Assembly (NCBI RefSeq): GCF_006345805.1 | Contig: NC_042997.1 | Coordinates: forward strand, 175,212,001-175,276,000 | Direction: 5' to 3' | Length of the DNA: 64,000 nt | DNA from: Octopus sinensis | Lineage: Eukaryota | Shown: in pieces, positions 48,534 to 63,209 of the stretch | Numbering within the stretch: position 1 is the first letter of the stretch | Layout of the letters: every line of letters starts with the position of its first letter | Program-made: the position numbers and the translations under genes | Notes under the pieces: generated by a model | The model's input: only the letters and a program-made list of their open reading frames with translations | Told to the model about the DNA's origin: nothing | Databases searched by the model: none

Positions 48534-51021
48534 GTTATGTATGGCAATGCAGTTCTTACTTTTTTCTGTACAATTTTAAATTTTGTTTTGTTTGTTTTTA
48601 TCATTCCTTTTCCAAATTATTTTCAATTTAAGTTTCCATCAGAAAATATTCAACATATCTCTTGCAATATTTTAATATCAACACTTGTGGAATTCCTTTA
48701 TGGTTTTCAACATTTCCAGCCAAATGAAATTCATTTAATCTTTGTTGCATTATTCTCCTAAGGCCTTAATCTGACACTATATATATACGTTTTCTTTCCT
48801 CACTTTCTTTTATCGTTGTTTACACAGAATTCTTAAAATATTTCAAAAATGTTCATCAAAGCACCAATGTCACCACTATTAAAATGTGTTTACAGATATT
48901 TAAGTTTACTTTTTTAAATATAAGCGCACGCGCACACACACACACACACAAATATTCCTTAGGGTTTTGAAGCTACAAAAATAAAATAAAATAAAATGTA
49001 AATGTGTTCTGTTTTATATTTTTTAGTTATAAATATCATAAATTAATGACAATTTTAAAAATGGTGAAACAGGAGTTACAGCAGGAAATCTAAAAATCTC
49101 TTCTTCATTTCTGTCTTTTTACATTTTCTTTTTCTTATGTGAGGGATTTAGAAATTTTTAAAAATAACTCCTATATTATTGGTTCTATATAAAACAGTTA
49201 GCATCTGGGTGCTTCAAAAACATGCAGGTCTAGTGGGGAAAGTATTGTTGGTTTGTATCTCATCACCAGTTAGTGCAGTATCCATTCATGGTTGGTCTTG
49301 GCTCAGGCCATGTTATACTGGTGATTTTTAACCCCCTCACACACACACACACACACTGCATACACACAGATTTATACTTATTGAACCTATGATGAAAGGA
49401 CATTCTAGTTGTCATCTTTTTATATGTCTAACACTACATTGTCTGTCTTCTCTTTTTTAAAAAAAAAATACAAACTGTTTTAAGGGAGCTATGGCTATTA
49501 TTCCTGGCAGGTTAAGCAACTACATTGTGACTTATTTGGCTCACCAAGCCATTCAATGGTTAATAGATACCATTATTAGATATTGTTCTGTCCTCCAAGT
49601 AACCTAAATCTTGTATGAATGAGCAGTGTGTAAGTTATTGCAATTCAGTCTTATATGGGTTTGGAATAAACAAAAGAAAACCACTCCAGTGCCTTCTCTA
49701 TAAGTAATTTTACAATTGGTTGGTTCAGCAGGAGTACAATTTCTCTACAACACCTTCAATTGTATAAAACAGTTTAGAAGAAAGTGGGTTTGGAATCAAA
49801 CAGAAAAGAGCACAGGTATAGTTGTGTAATTAGAACACTTACTTCACAACCATAGAGTTCTGGTTTGACCCTATTATGTAGGTTTTTGGGTGCGAATATC
49901 AATGGAGGATTGAAAAGTTATTGGGTCAAATGAAAATACCTTGTAGAAGCACCCAGCACTCTGTAAAGTGGTTAGCATTAAGAAGCTATAGAAACCATGC
50001 CAAAACAGACAAATAGAGCCTGGTCAGCTCCTCTCAAACTGTCCGACCTATGTCAGCATGGAAAACAGATATTAAATGATGATGATGATGATGAAGGTTA
50101 GGCTGTAGTCAGTTCCTTTTAAATCTAGAACGACCTTACCTATCTCCTTTTATGAAATTGATAAAATAAATATCCATTCCTTTGCTAACTTAGGATGAGA
50201 AACAAGTATGATAAATGGTAATATACTGTACCAGAGACCCATCACCCATGCAACTCATACCAGCAGGGCAAGACAAGTATCCAAACAATGATGATGATGA
50301 TGATGGTGATGACAGCAAAGGTAACAGTTGCACTGATGTGATCAAGTAGTCTTAGCTTTGCTTTTACACTTTTTTGTGGAACAAATAATTAATGTGACTG
50401 AGATGAACAGAGTAATATGTTGATGTCTTATATGAGCACAAAGAGACAATTTTGTTGGGAGGATATAATCAATGAATTCAACCCAGTACATGATTGGTAC
50501 TTTATTTCATTGATCCTCCCCACCCTTCCCCAGAAGGATGGAAGGTAAAAATCGGCTTTAACAGGATTCATCTCTTACACGCACATATATGGTGGCCTTC
50601 CATGTAGTTTCTGTCTATTGAATTCACTCACAAGGCATTGGTTGGCCTGGGACTATAGTAGAAGACACTTATCCAAGGCACCGTACAATGGCACTATACC
50701 TGAAATCACGTTTAGGATGTAAACAACAGCAAGGAAATAAAAATCCAGTACCATCTCAAGTCCTGGGATTCATAGGACTGGTTACTCGATTTCTATGATG
50801 TATAAGTGACTGAAATCACAGCATTTCCCTCTGAATGGGATGTGAGTCCATTGCAGTGTTACTTATTTACAACTGAGTGGACTAGAACAACTTAAAATAA
50901 AGTGCTTTGCTCAAGAACACAAAACACCACCTGGTCCAGGTATTGAAACCATGATCTTGTGGTCATGAGTTCAATATACTAATCCCTAGGTCACACAACT
51001 TTATCCTTCAAACAAAGTTTC

Positions 51022-51592
51022 TGTTAACTCTGTAAATTCCACCAAGGTTAACTTTCCCTTTCATCCTTTTGGGGTTGATAAAATAAGCACCATTTGAACA
51101 CTGGGGTTAATGTAATCAGCTTACCCCATTCCCTGAAACTGCTAGCCTTGTGCCAAAATTTAAAAACCAATATTAGTTCTGTAAGACGGGTGAGCTGGCA
51201 AAATTGTTACCATGGCAAAATGCTTAGTTATCTTACCCTTTCATCCTTTTCGGGTTGATAAAATAAGTATCAGTTGAGTACTGGGGCTGATGTAGTCAAC
51301 TTAGCCCCTCCCCCAAAACTGCCAGCCTGGTGCCAAAATTTAAAAACCAATATTGGTTCTGTAAGATGGGTGAGCTGGCAGAATTGTTACCACACTGGGT
51401 AAAATGCTTAACTGCATTTCATCTGTCTTTATACACTGAGTCCAAATACTGTCAAGGTTGACTTTGCCTTTCATCCTTTTGGGGTTGATAAGATAAGTAC
51501 CATTTGAGCACTGGGGTCGATGTAATTAGCATACCCTATTCCCTGAAACTGTTGACCTTGTGCCAAATTTGAAACCAATGTTGGTTCTGTAC
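51022..51592 (+). mobile_element. Head-to-tail SINE-A array separated by a repeated ~14-bp target sequence
   Basis: Spacers TGTTAACTCTGTAA (51022), TATTAGTTCTGTAA (51171), TATTGGTTCTGTAA (51351), TGTTGGTTCTGTAC (51579). Confidence 0.75.
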
Positions 51593-51694
51593 GGTGTTGC
51601 ACTGACATTTCTTTGTTGACTTCATTATCTGAAATGCTGTGAACCAATGTTAGAAGCCTGTAACCAAAAATATTCTTCATAAATTGTGATATAA

Positions 51695-52015
51695 GTGCCG
51701 GTAGCATGTAGGAGGCACCATTTGAGCGGGATCGTTACCAGCATCACCTTACTGGCACCTGTGCCGTTGGCATGTGTAAAAAGATTTGAGCGAGGTCGTT
51801 GCCTGTACCACCTGACTGGCCCCCATGCCAGTGGCATGTAAAAGCACCCACTACACTCTCAAAGTGGTTGGCGTTAGGAAGGGCATCCAGCTGTAGGAAC
51901 TCTGCCAGATCAAGACTGGAGCCTGGTGCAGCCATCTGGTTCGCCAGCCCTCAGTTAAACCGTCCAATCCATGCTAGCATGGAAAGCAGACGTTAAACGA
52001 TGATGATGATGATGA
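51695..52015 (+). mobile_element. RTE-like 3' UTR fragment
   Basis: Three internal units and a (GAT)n tail. Confidence 0.8.
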
Positions 52016-52679
52016 AAGTAAATAAGACATTTCAGCCTTGATTATTCCATCTTGTTTTCAAGGTTAGCATGTCCAGAACCAGATTATCAAATGTGGTGTT
52101 CCTTCAAGACAGGTGTAATTTATGGGCAATTTGGCTGCTGTTTCTAGCGGTCAAGTATCTACATACAGGTTCCATGGATTTGTTTGAGTCATATTTAATT
52201 TCCTTCAGTTTTTTGTAGCTATTTTCTTTGGACATAAAACAACTTAGCTCTTTAGCTCTTTATAAGTGGACTATTGTTAAATACAAAACAGGTTTAACTA
52301 CATTCTATTTTTATTTTTCATTCTTTTTTACCGTAAGTTTACATATTTTCATAAAACATTATGAAATCTGAATATACAGGTCATTCATATAAAATATAAC
52401 CCTCAATTTATTTTGGTAGGTAAAGTATATAAATGTATCCTAATTCCTCTCTCTCTCTCTCTCAAATAGGATAAAAGAACCTTGACTTCAATTTGTTCTT
52501 CATTTTTCTTTTGACTTTATGTCGCACTGGAGATTAGATAAATATAGAAGAAGTTAGTGTTGCACTTTCGATGGAAAGTTTTACACAACACCTTAGGCAA
52601 GTGTCTCTGACTACAGCTCTGATCCAAACAATGGCATGTGAGAGAAGTTGTTTGAGAGAAACAGTGTGAGAAAGCCTGT

Positions 52680-52717
<38 letters not shown>

Positions 52718-52962
52718 CACACACACACACAAATATGTATATATCCAGCCATAGAAAATGTGTCCCAGCAAACTTCTGTTTGTCCTATGCAAGCAAGGAA
52801 AATGGATGTCAAATGAACGAATCTGTCTGTTTGCATGGATGTATATATATATATATATTATATATATATATATATTTATATATATATGTATGTGTGTGTG
52901 TGTGTGTGTGTGTGTAAATATATATATTTATTTATAGATATATGCCTGCATGTATATACATA

Positions 52963-52993
<31 letters not shown>

Positions 52994-53788
52994 ATATATA
53001 TTTATTTATAGATATATGCCTGCATGTATATACATATGTATGTTTATGTATGTATGTATGTATTCATGTATATACATCCATGTATATATATGTGTGTACA
53101 TTTTACATTACATATGCATATGTATGTATGTACATATATAAATTGGCCTCATATTTTTAAGGAAGGTCAAATCATATGAACTTTAGAAGCAAGACTTGGT
53201 TTACCGAGAATATTTTGTTACAAACCCACCTGCCAACTTTTGTGGAAGAAAATTGCTATACTTGTCTTGTAGCTGATTCTTAAGAAATTCTAAGTATCTG
53301 AAAGGAATAGGTTTACTGATAATATTTTCTTAAAAATGTTATGTTGGCCATTACAAACAGTATTACCTTATATATCCATCATCAACATCTTGTTATCATC
53401 CTCATTAATCATTATTATTATTCAAGCGCTAACCGTCTTCCTTCAAAATTGCTTCCCTTGTGCCTAAATTAGAAACATTATTATTATTATTAAAGTTATG
53501 AGCTGGTTTAATTGTTATCATGTGAGGCAAAATGCTTAGCCCTTCCCCAAAATTTTACACCTTGTGCTTATAGTGGAAAGGATTATTATTATAATATATT
53601 ATTATTATTATTATTATTATTATTCGGTGGCACGTAAAAAGCACCATTCGAGCGTGATCGTTACCAGCGTCGCCTTACTGGCACTTGTGCTGGTGGCACA
53701 TAAAAAAACATTCGAGCAAGGTCGTTGCCAGTGCAGCTGGTCTGGATCCTACGCAGGTGGCATGTAAAAAAAAATATTATTATTATTA

Positions 53789-53828
<40 letters not shown>

Positions 53829-53831
<3 letters not shown>

Positions 53832-54021
53832 TAGTTTTATTTTTATAGCGTGCTTTCACTTCACTACCGAGCGCAGCTCTGTGTGCCTTGGGTATGTGCT
53901 GTGATTTGTTGTGATGCTCTGATGGTTATTGTATGGAAAGTGTTCTGCGTAGGATGTGTGCAGTGCCTAGTAGTGCAATTTTCTGTATGTTATATGTGTT
54001 TGTAAGTCCTGGTGTTTTTGT
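53829..54021 (-). mobile_element. R4/Dong-like LINE 3' end in (TAA)n
   Basis: KTPGLTNTYNIQKIALLGTAHILRRTLSIQ*; (TTA)n on both sides. Confidence 0.75.
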
Positions 54022-54037
54022 TTATTAATATTATTAA

Positions 54038-54073
<36 letters not shown>

Positions 54074-54156
54074 CAATATCGTCTCTCAATTTTATTTCCA
54101 TTTCCTGCCAAGTGTCTTCCCAGCACTTAGGGCAAAGAAACTCACTGGGTTATTAA

Positions 54157-54205
<49 letters not shown>

Positions 54206-54361
54206 CTTTGTTTGCTTTGAGAATTAGGTTTTGGGAACTTAAATTTTTGATAAAACAGTTAGCTGAATGTAAGGCTGTTTGGGAAACAAGAGGTTGTGAA
54301 TGTGGTAAGGCCAGAAAAATCAGATCACTTTGGTACTTTTCTTCATAATAATAATAATAAT

Positions 54362-54890
54362 AATTGTGTACAGTGCTCAGGTGCACTACAACTCATCTAA
54401 AGTGTATATATAATCAGGTGTAGTTTCGGCGGATTTCGGAAAGCATGAGGGCCTTAAAAGATGCAGTGTCATGGCAGTCAACAACTGACGCAGGCAGTTT
54501 ATTCCATGCTTCAGCAACTCTGAGCGTGAAAAAATGTTTCCGAAAGTCATGGGAGCTGTATTGTTTTCTGACTTTGTAGGCATGTCCACGTGTGTTAGAC
54601 ACATGGAGATCAAAAAGGTGTTCAGTGTTGTTGTTGGTGAGGTGGTTGATAACTTTGTGGGTGTTTACCAAGTCCGTCGCCAAACGCCGGAGCTTCAGTG
54701 AATCCATGCCCAGGGAAACAAGGCGCTCAGAATATGGTAGGTGTCTGATGGAGGGTATGCGTTTGGTTGCACGTCTCTGGACAGATTCCAGGAGGTCAAT
54801 GTTCTGTGCAAGATAGGGGTTCCAAACTGATGATGCGAATTCCAAGTGTGGTCGTACCATAGCTGTATACAGTTTTAAATAGACACACAA
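54362..54890 (-). mobile_element. 5'-truncated CR1-clade LINE (ORF2 C-terminus)
   Basis: ORF 54414-54890 LYTAMVRPHLEFASSVWNPY...LESVQRRATKRIP...TRGH...RKHFFTLRVAEAWNKLP; short 3' UTR and (ATT)n tail. Confidence 0.9.
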
Positions 54891-55683
54891 TATTTGAATT
54901 CTCTATACATACACTGTAAAACCAGTTATTTTTGCTTGGTGTTACTGATGAAAGAAAGAAACAGTAGATTGTTATCTTCATAATATCCAGCTTTGTTTGG
55001 GTGTTCTATAAAAGAATATGGTAATTCATACTTGTTACTTGAAGCAGAAGCAATCTTGAAAATATGGTGGTAGGAACTTGACACAAGAATAGAAAAACAA
55101 ATCCTAAATCTATAAACTATTTGCTTTGAATGGTTGAGATATTTATATATTTTTATGAATGCCGGCTTTTCAAAACATTATACACACTCACATACACTTG
55201 TGTACTTGCATTCATAGCCATAGATTCACACGGTACCCTACATCAGTTGCAAAATATTCAGTGAACTAACGCATTCCTTTGTTGTTAAGTAGTAGAGGCT
55301 TTGAACTGAAGATTTGTGTGTGTGTGTGTGTAAACATAGTGCTGTGAAGGATGAATAAGGATAATAAGAGATGTTAAAATACTGGTTGGAAATGGGATGA
55401 GAGTATTACTGTAGGTGGTGTGTAATGTGAAAGTAAAAAAAAAAAAAAATCCCCAAAATTACAAGGTCAGAAAGTTATTTAGAATTTGCTCTTTCTAGTA
55501 TTATATGCTAGCAGTGAAGAAAACTGAAGAATGTTTGAGAAGCAGTCACAGATTTGTTGATGCTAAGGATGTTGGGCTTCATAGAATACAATGGCACATG
55601 ATCAAAATCCTGAAACACTGCCAGTAATGTCTGTTGTATGTAGAGATTTTGGTGTGGTCTCCTGTAGTATCCATAATCTACAC

Positions 55684-55968
55684 CAGTAGTTCCCATAGTA
55701 GCTAGTCCCCCCCCCCACACACATTGAGAGCAGTGGAAGATCCATGGGGTGTTGAAGAAAAATGAGGTGATAATGGAGTGACCAAAACAGGGCAATGAAT
55801 GTAAAAAAAAAATATAGGGTTAACTAGGTTAAGTTTTATTTGTGAAATACTGTTGTTTTGAATTTGCTGCAGAAAATGTTCTTGTCTGTGATGGTGAGTG
55901 GCAGTGGGGCACTAGGAATGTGGCCTTAGAACCAAGGGGTGGCAACCTGAAAAGTCTGGGAACCACTG
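55684..55968. mobile_element. hAT (Charlie-type) MITE
   Basis: CAGTAGTTCCCA / TGGGAACCACTG termini, perfect 8-bp TSD ATCTACAC. Confidence 0.8.
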
Positions 55969-55992
55969 ATCTACACTGATCTACACGTGATC

Positions 55993-56056
55993 TGGGTTAG
56001 GTTTAGGGCTAGTTAGGGTTTAGGGTTAAGGATTGAATTTAGGGTGAGGGTTTAGG
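55993..56056 (+). repeat. Degenerate telomere-like (TTAGGG) tract
   Basis: GGGTTAGGTTTAGGGCTAGTTAGGGTTTAGGGTTAAGG...TTTAGGGTGAGGGTTTAGG. Confidence 0.7.
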
Positions 56057-59000
56057 ATAAACTGCACATTGAAGTCCAAATGACCTGGTATATCACTTGC
56101 TAAAGTGGCACTGAGATTTCTATTTAATTGCATAAAAAAAGCAATGCTCTTGAGAAAGACATGAATAAAACAAAATCTCACTTTTCCTTTCACTGGTATG
56201 GGTTTTGTGGACTTGTCTGAACATAAGAAATCATTTAGTTGCTTGTTTAGATAAGGCCATCTGTCATTTGTATATGAAACATACTATCAAATCCATACAG
56301 CAAAAATATAAATAAAAGATGTCCATATAATTTGTTTAGTAATGTTGATTCACTTTACAGCAGTAGAATATACTGGGTAATCCAAAAGTTCCTTTACCCA
56401 GGATTGTTTATTTTATATACCTAACTTAGAACTGATAGGGAAAGTTGATTTACAGTGGATGAACATATCTCCCAACCCCTGAGTGATTTTGATTTGGAAG
56501 ACAAATAGAGTAATGGATCTAGATGACTGTTTCACTGAAACTGTTAGGTTCTCTAGACCTAAAGATGTCTTCAAATGGTTACCCAGCTAGGAAGGTTTCA
56601 ATTTATTTCTTCTTTCCACATCCTTAGGATTTTTATAGCAAATTCATTATATTGTGTTATTTTTAGGACAATGAATATTTTCTCATCTTTTGTCAATGAC
56701 TTTTTGTAAAATATATAAAACAAAATATAAATAAAAAAATATTCACAAAAGCAGCAAAGATGGGATTAAAAATATCTAAGAAAAAAATTGTACCAAAAAA
56801 ATAAATAAAAGCTGTATATATGATTTTAAATGTTAAAGAAATTTCTGAATAACCCTATATATCTTTTGCCATTCTGAGTTCAAAATCTGTTGAGAAAGTT
56901 GACTTTACCTTTCAACCTCCAGAAGCTTGAGTTAATTGGCTTCCCACCCCATAAAACTGTATGGTCTTGTTACTTTGTAAGAAATGTTTGTTAACATTTC
57001 AGAGATTTACTTGCAAAACAAGTGATTTTATCTGAGACCATGTGTTGAAAGTAAAACAATTACAGTATGGTTCCATTGCATCTCAGTGGAACCATATCAG
57101 TGACTAGGTCGCAGATAGTTCAACAAAAACTTTTGACCCCAAATAATAAATATTTAAGTGAAGTTGTGTGTTTTTGAATGGCTAATTTGTATCTCCCATG
57201 CTGTAATTGCATTGTTAATATAAATTCTTAAAATGATGGTTTCCTTCACTGTGACCTTGTGCATATGTTGGAAATCATTATTGATTCAGTCTAGGATAAA
57301 CACAAGTTTGCTTTCATTGAACTTCATCATGTTTCTTTCCTACACCAGTGTTATCAGAATATGTTGCTCTATACTTCAGCTTTACTGAGTTTCCGTAGTC
57401 ATACAAGTTTGAAAAACTACTCTACCTTTAAGCCAGTAGAATATTTTGTTCTAGAATTTTTTTCCATCTAAGGAGTTCAGTCCTCCAATACTGTAAAATT
57501 GTGAAATTCTTGTCAGTCTTACTATACATCCCTATCCTCTTTGCTTCAGACTTTTCCATGGTACTTATCATAAAATTGACTGTTTCAGTAACAGTCAAAT
57601 ATTTAGACCTCGGAGAAGATGCAGTGCTATTGATGAGTTTCAAACTGTTCCTCCTTTGGTCTAGAAATTGACTCTCTAGATTCTCAACTAGCTGTAACTC
57701 TAACCAGTTATCTTTATGAGATTTAAATTCAAGTCCAAGGCTGGAACTCTAATTAACCAGCTAATTAATTGTCCCTGACTGTAGCCGATAAGATAAAAGA
57801 TAATACATAGTACTTTATAAAACCCTCTATAATCTGTTGTTATTGTTCTGTCATTGATTATTGTTGTTTGGAAAGTAAACTAATGTGAGTGTGAGGCTGT
57901 TAATGTTAAGAATGGCATGATGTTTTTATTGGTGTAGATATCTGTTATTTCAGCTATCAATTATCAGGTGAGAATTCAAAGTCTAATAATGAAATTTGGT
58001 AAAACTTGAACACATGACTTAATTAGGTTGATGGCTAAATCTGGGATGGAAGTCTTAATGATAAAAATGATAATATAATTTCAAGGTGTTTATTTTTCTT
58101 AAACTTTTAATTGTATTTATTGGATTGAAGAAAAAGGGACAGTATCGTTAACTATGTAAACTGAATCTAGTGTGTAAGGATAAGTGAATGACTTTGTTGT
58201 AAGTTACTGGTGGATGGAAAAGTTTCTAGAGGGTTGTAGTTCACAGAGAAAAGGGACAGAAAGAAGGAACAAAAGGAAATGTACCTGCTTCATAATAAGG
58301 TTTGGATAAGAAGGTGAGGCAATACAAGTGTAGCATGCAATAATTATCAAGTTAAAAGGAGCTGAAACTTTTGAAGGAGTAGTAGTAGTAGATGATAGAG
58401 AGGGCATGTACTATAATGACCAATGGCTGTAAACTGTTCATGAGTGAAATGTTACCTTTTAATTTAATACTACAGCCTAGACAGGGCTGTGGATTTTGTT
58501 TTTAAGGAGGCACTTTATTTTCACATTGCTCCAGTTGAAATGAGTTACAACATCACTAGTGCCAAGCTGTATCAGCATTTGCCTTTCCTTTGACTAACAT
58601 TGGTGGCATGAAGTGGTGAGACTGGTATTCTTGGGCAACTGCAGGTCTTCCATAAACAACCTTACCTGGATTTGTGCCTCAGAGGGGAACATTCTAGGTG
58701 CAATCCCATGGTCTTTCATGGCCGAAGGGGCTCTTTAGTTTGAGGAAAGGGACAATCAATAACTATTAACATTTCCAACTAAAACCTTTTTTCACTACCA
58801 ATTCAAGATTGTTCTTTGTCCAGTTTTTCTAAGCCCAACTTTATCCACTCATCTGTATCATCATTAATAGATATATCTTTACATGGTTGTTCAAGATGCA
58901 GAAATAGCAGCCAAATCCTTTTCAAATCACACTTTATATCTTTAAAAAAAACATACTGGATAATGTAATCCAAGGTACACTCTGCTTCAAACTAAGACAG

Positions 59001-59407
59001 AATGGAATATTTTCAGTCATTTGTCTGCTCAGTTGATGCTATTTGAGGCTGAACAACATCCCTTTGCAAGTAACACCAGAGATTTCTGAATAATGACAGT
59101 AGTGGGTTAGAAGACCTATCTTCATAATCTATTTTAACAGTTAGAGCTGGATACTTTTTATATTGTTAATGATTTAGTTATAAATAGATCTTCTAGTCAG
59201 AATGTACTTGACACTAATTGAGCTATTGCTTTTCATGTGTTAGTCATCCTCAATGATTTGTTGTTTTAAATATACTAATTTTCTCACCCTCTTATATATA
59301 ATATTGAACATCTGAGTAATGATCCTCTTAGAACTATTTTGGAAAGTATGAAGAATTTTAGTAAAGCGAAAACCTGTCCAGATGTGTCTCTTGCATTTGC
59401 AAAACTG

Positions 59408-59716
59408 GGATCTTTTCACTTTGACCGGCAGATTTAAAAAATAATTTCTTTGTAACTAAACACTTTTGAACTTCGTATACTGGTACAATGTGTCACATAA
59501 AACATCTTTTTTTCTTGGCTTTCTTGAGAAAATTCTGTAGTTTGTAAGCTATTTCTTGCTTAATTTCTCGTATTTCGGCAATTTCAACCAATCAGTGACG
59601 TCTTTTGAGGTGAATACAATTACTGCTGTTGTTTGTCAACAAGTTCAACAAAAACTTCTGGCGGTGTATATTTCGTTTAAGAAACAGATTGAAATGCAAT
59701 AAAATAGATCGATACT
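59408..59716. mobile_element. Partial copy of the Merlin-like element at 14974-15396
   Basis: Left TIR variant GGATCTTTTCACTTTGACCGGCAG plus about 200 bp of clear homology; right TIR absent. Confidence 0.75.
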
Positions 59717-62700
59717 CGGACCTGAGATTATCTATGTTCTTTATATATTAAATATGTAGTGAATTCATTTTATAACAGCAACAAGAAAAAAAGTATTAGA
59801 AAAAAACTGAAAGAAAAATGCACACAAAACTAGAAGATTATCATTTTTTTTGTACCCCTCCATCACTGTAGGGTTAGAATTATGAGTAGACACTAAATGG
59901 GGAAACAGTTTTGTTATCCAGCTCAGTTTACGAGTGACTCCTCAGTTTATGGCCACAAAATGTTTATATTTGCAGCATCTTTCGCATCATTATATAATAT
60001 AAATTTATAGATATGTATTAGCCTTTGAATTATTATCTTTTCCTCATCTCATAAGTATTTCTAGTTAGATTTTTGACACTCATTACTTTATGTCAATGCT
60101 ATCAAAGAAGCTAAGCCTGTAAGAGTTATGAACTTTCCACAGCAGCACAACACAGTGACTGTAGTGAGATTTGAACTCCTGCCCATATAGTGTGGAGTTC
60201 GGTATTCTAAATGTATAGCTATGGTGTTTTCATTATCTAAATTCACTGCTTTTTATACACATTCCAACCCATCCTCCCATCCTATTTGTGAGTATTCTGA
60301 TACTTGTTTTATCTATTGTTAAAAGTTACTAATTTCAACTTGTTATTTTTAACACTCCTGGGAGACTAGTCTTCCCAGAAGATATACTCCTCAAGTTTAT
60401 TATTTATCTTTGAGTTGTAAGTGAGTATGATTTCATAGATATGGTAGATATGGAGAGAGGATGAACTATCTTGGAGAAAGCCATATTAGTGTCTTAATTT
60501 TTAGGTCATAATTTTAATGTGACTAGAATTTCAAAGTTATTAAATCACCATATTCTTCATTTATCTATCTGTAATATTTTGTATCAGCAGAATAAATCAA
60601 TGTAACTTTAGCTGTATATGTTTTGAAACACCTGTTGTTTCTGGAAATGTTGAAAGAAAATATATATACATAATTTCTTCTTATTTTCATTTTATTTTAT
60701 TTTATTCTGGTTGTGGGAACCTCATTGCTATTTTGATTCTACCATAATTCTACATTTCTATAATTTTCTGATCAACAAATGGTATAACACTCACTGCAAC
60801 TATAAAAGCATTACTAGGTAATTGATATTGCACAGCATATATAATGGTCTTAGAGTGATTTAAAATGCAAAAATCTATTTTTGTCTATAGGGTACTTCAT
60901 TTAATCAACTTATTGTGTTGCGCGCACACACACACATGCATGCAAATTTTGAACTACATACAGCATTACTTATAAGAATATGTGTGTGTTTGTGTGTACA
61001 TGGCCCAGTGGTTAGAGTGATGCTCTCTTGATCACGGTTTCAATTCCTGAATTGGGTAGTGCATTGTGTTCTTGAGTGGAACACTTCATCTCATGTTGTT
61101 CATGATCACTTCAACACTTGATGTCTGGTACTCAGTACCCCTGTTCAGGCAACGTCAATTTGGTGGAGGGAGTGAGCTAATTTGCAGCACATACATTTAA
61201 TCACTATAAGCAGATCATTTGTGTAGGTTGTTCAGCAAGAGATTGCAGAATAATCTTTCTTGGACTACAAGAGATTACTATCATCATCATCATCATTATC
61301 ATATACACACAAGTTTTGAGGATGGTGTGTGTGTGTGTGTGTGTGTGTGTATACATACATACAACACTTACAATACATCCAGTTTTGAGGATGGTGTGTG
61401 TATACACATACACACCATCTACAAAGCTGATAGATATTGCATGTTTATACCTTGGTTCCGTTCAATTCCATTTTCTATTGCATCCATGTATAATTCTGCA
61501 AATGTGAGCCCTAAGGGAGAACCCATGACTACGCCATCTCACTGCTTGCATACTTTGCCTTGTAAAGATCAAAAAGATATGTCTGTTGCACAGTGTACTA
61601 ACAGTTTCTTATGTATATCAGCTCATATCATGAATGGATTTAGTTGAGGTGTTTGCACACAATATTTAAAATTGATTTTTATTGTCTCTGCTACTCGAAC
61701 ATAAATAAACAGACTTGTTACTGAACATTGGTAAAAAAGAAACTTACAAAGTAAGTAACAATAGATGTTGTATATTTTGTTCGTTTCTAGGAACTTGTTT
61801 TCATGAACTCTATGTCTCTGCAGAGTGAATTGTTTGATGTTTAATTGTTTAGTGATTTTTATGTTATATATTTATTCTAGATATTACAAGTAAGAGAGAT
61901 TGTTTCATTTGTCGATTTTTAATGAGCCATAGATATATGCTTGGGGGAAAATAAGAAACCTATATTATTCAGCTTAACTTTTAATTAGATAGTATTATCT
62001 TTCTGAATCTTTGTAAATTTGTGAATGTTAATGAGTAAATTGTTAATTTTTGTAATATTCTGTAATATTTTGTATTCATCTTTATCTATAACTACAAACT
62101 GATTTGTAACAACAAATGTATTACTTTTGATCACTTTTTTGATGTTTGATGTTTGATGTTTTTTGATGGTTTTTTTAATCATGCAGAGTTTGTTCAAGGC
62201 TTTTAGTTTATAAAAACTTTATGTGTGTGTAAATATGTGCATATATAAACTATTGTTGTTTGTGATTCCATTAAAAACGGAAAGAACCACAGTTGAAATT
62301 TGAGAGTATAATTTATCTAGTTACACTTATAGATTGAATACTGTTGGATTACCAGTCATTTTTATACACACACACACACACACAAACAGATGTTTATTAC
62401 ATTAAAAGTTGACAATCTACTAAGGGTTTGCTCTGGGGTGGGCGAAACTCTTGAGCAGACTCTCTCAACTTATGATACATGCATGTTCACAAATGCATTT
62501 AGATATATGCATATATTCATAAACATATGAAACACATGCACTCACAGATATGCACCATTAACATACATGCTCACGCTCACACAGATTCACACATCACACA
62601 ACTGTTTTATCAGCAATGAAGCAGCTGTTAGTGTATCACCAACAGGAAGCAGCATCATAAACATCAGAAAATCTGGAGAGAAATAATAATAATAATAATA

Positions 62701-63049
62701 ATAATAATGATAACTTTACAAAAATTACACTAAATCATTTATGATAGAGACATCATAAAATGTTGCTGTTACTGATGATGATGATGGTGATGATGATGAT
62801 TAAATCTAATGTAATAACAAATAAATCACTCTGCAGCACCTGTATAATATGAGATATGATAAATTTTTTCTTGCTCTTTTTCACTTGTTCACTTGACTAT
62901 CAGTTAATCTTTCTTTTGATATATGAATGCTTATCTGTGTATATGTTTGTGTGAGTGTGTATGGTGGTGGGAGGTTTGAGAGCAAGAAAAAAAAACTTTA
63001 AAAAAAAGAGATGGAAAGAAAATTCCCTGGTAGACAGAGAAAGAGATAG

Positions 63050-63173
63050 CCAGCTAGTTAGAAAGACAGATACATAGATAGGTAGATAGACAAATAGTAG
63101 GTGGGCAGGTAGAAAGGTGTGTGTGTGTGTGCGTGTGTGTGTGTGTGTGTGTGTGCATTGATAGAGAGATAGA

Positions 63174-63209
<36 letters not shown>

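Noticed and set aside
52895-53040. Local tandem duplication between (TG)n tracts (similar case at 61308-61415)
   Set aside because: Explained by slippage or mis-assembly at microsatellites.
62414-62460. GCTC..GGGC-GAAA-CTC-TT-GAG hammerhead-like half
   Set aside because: CUGANGA box and NUH triplet are missing.
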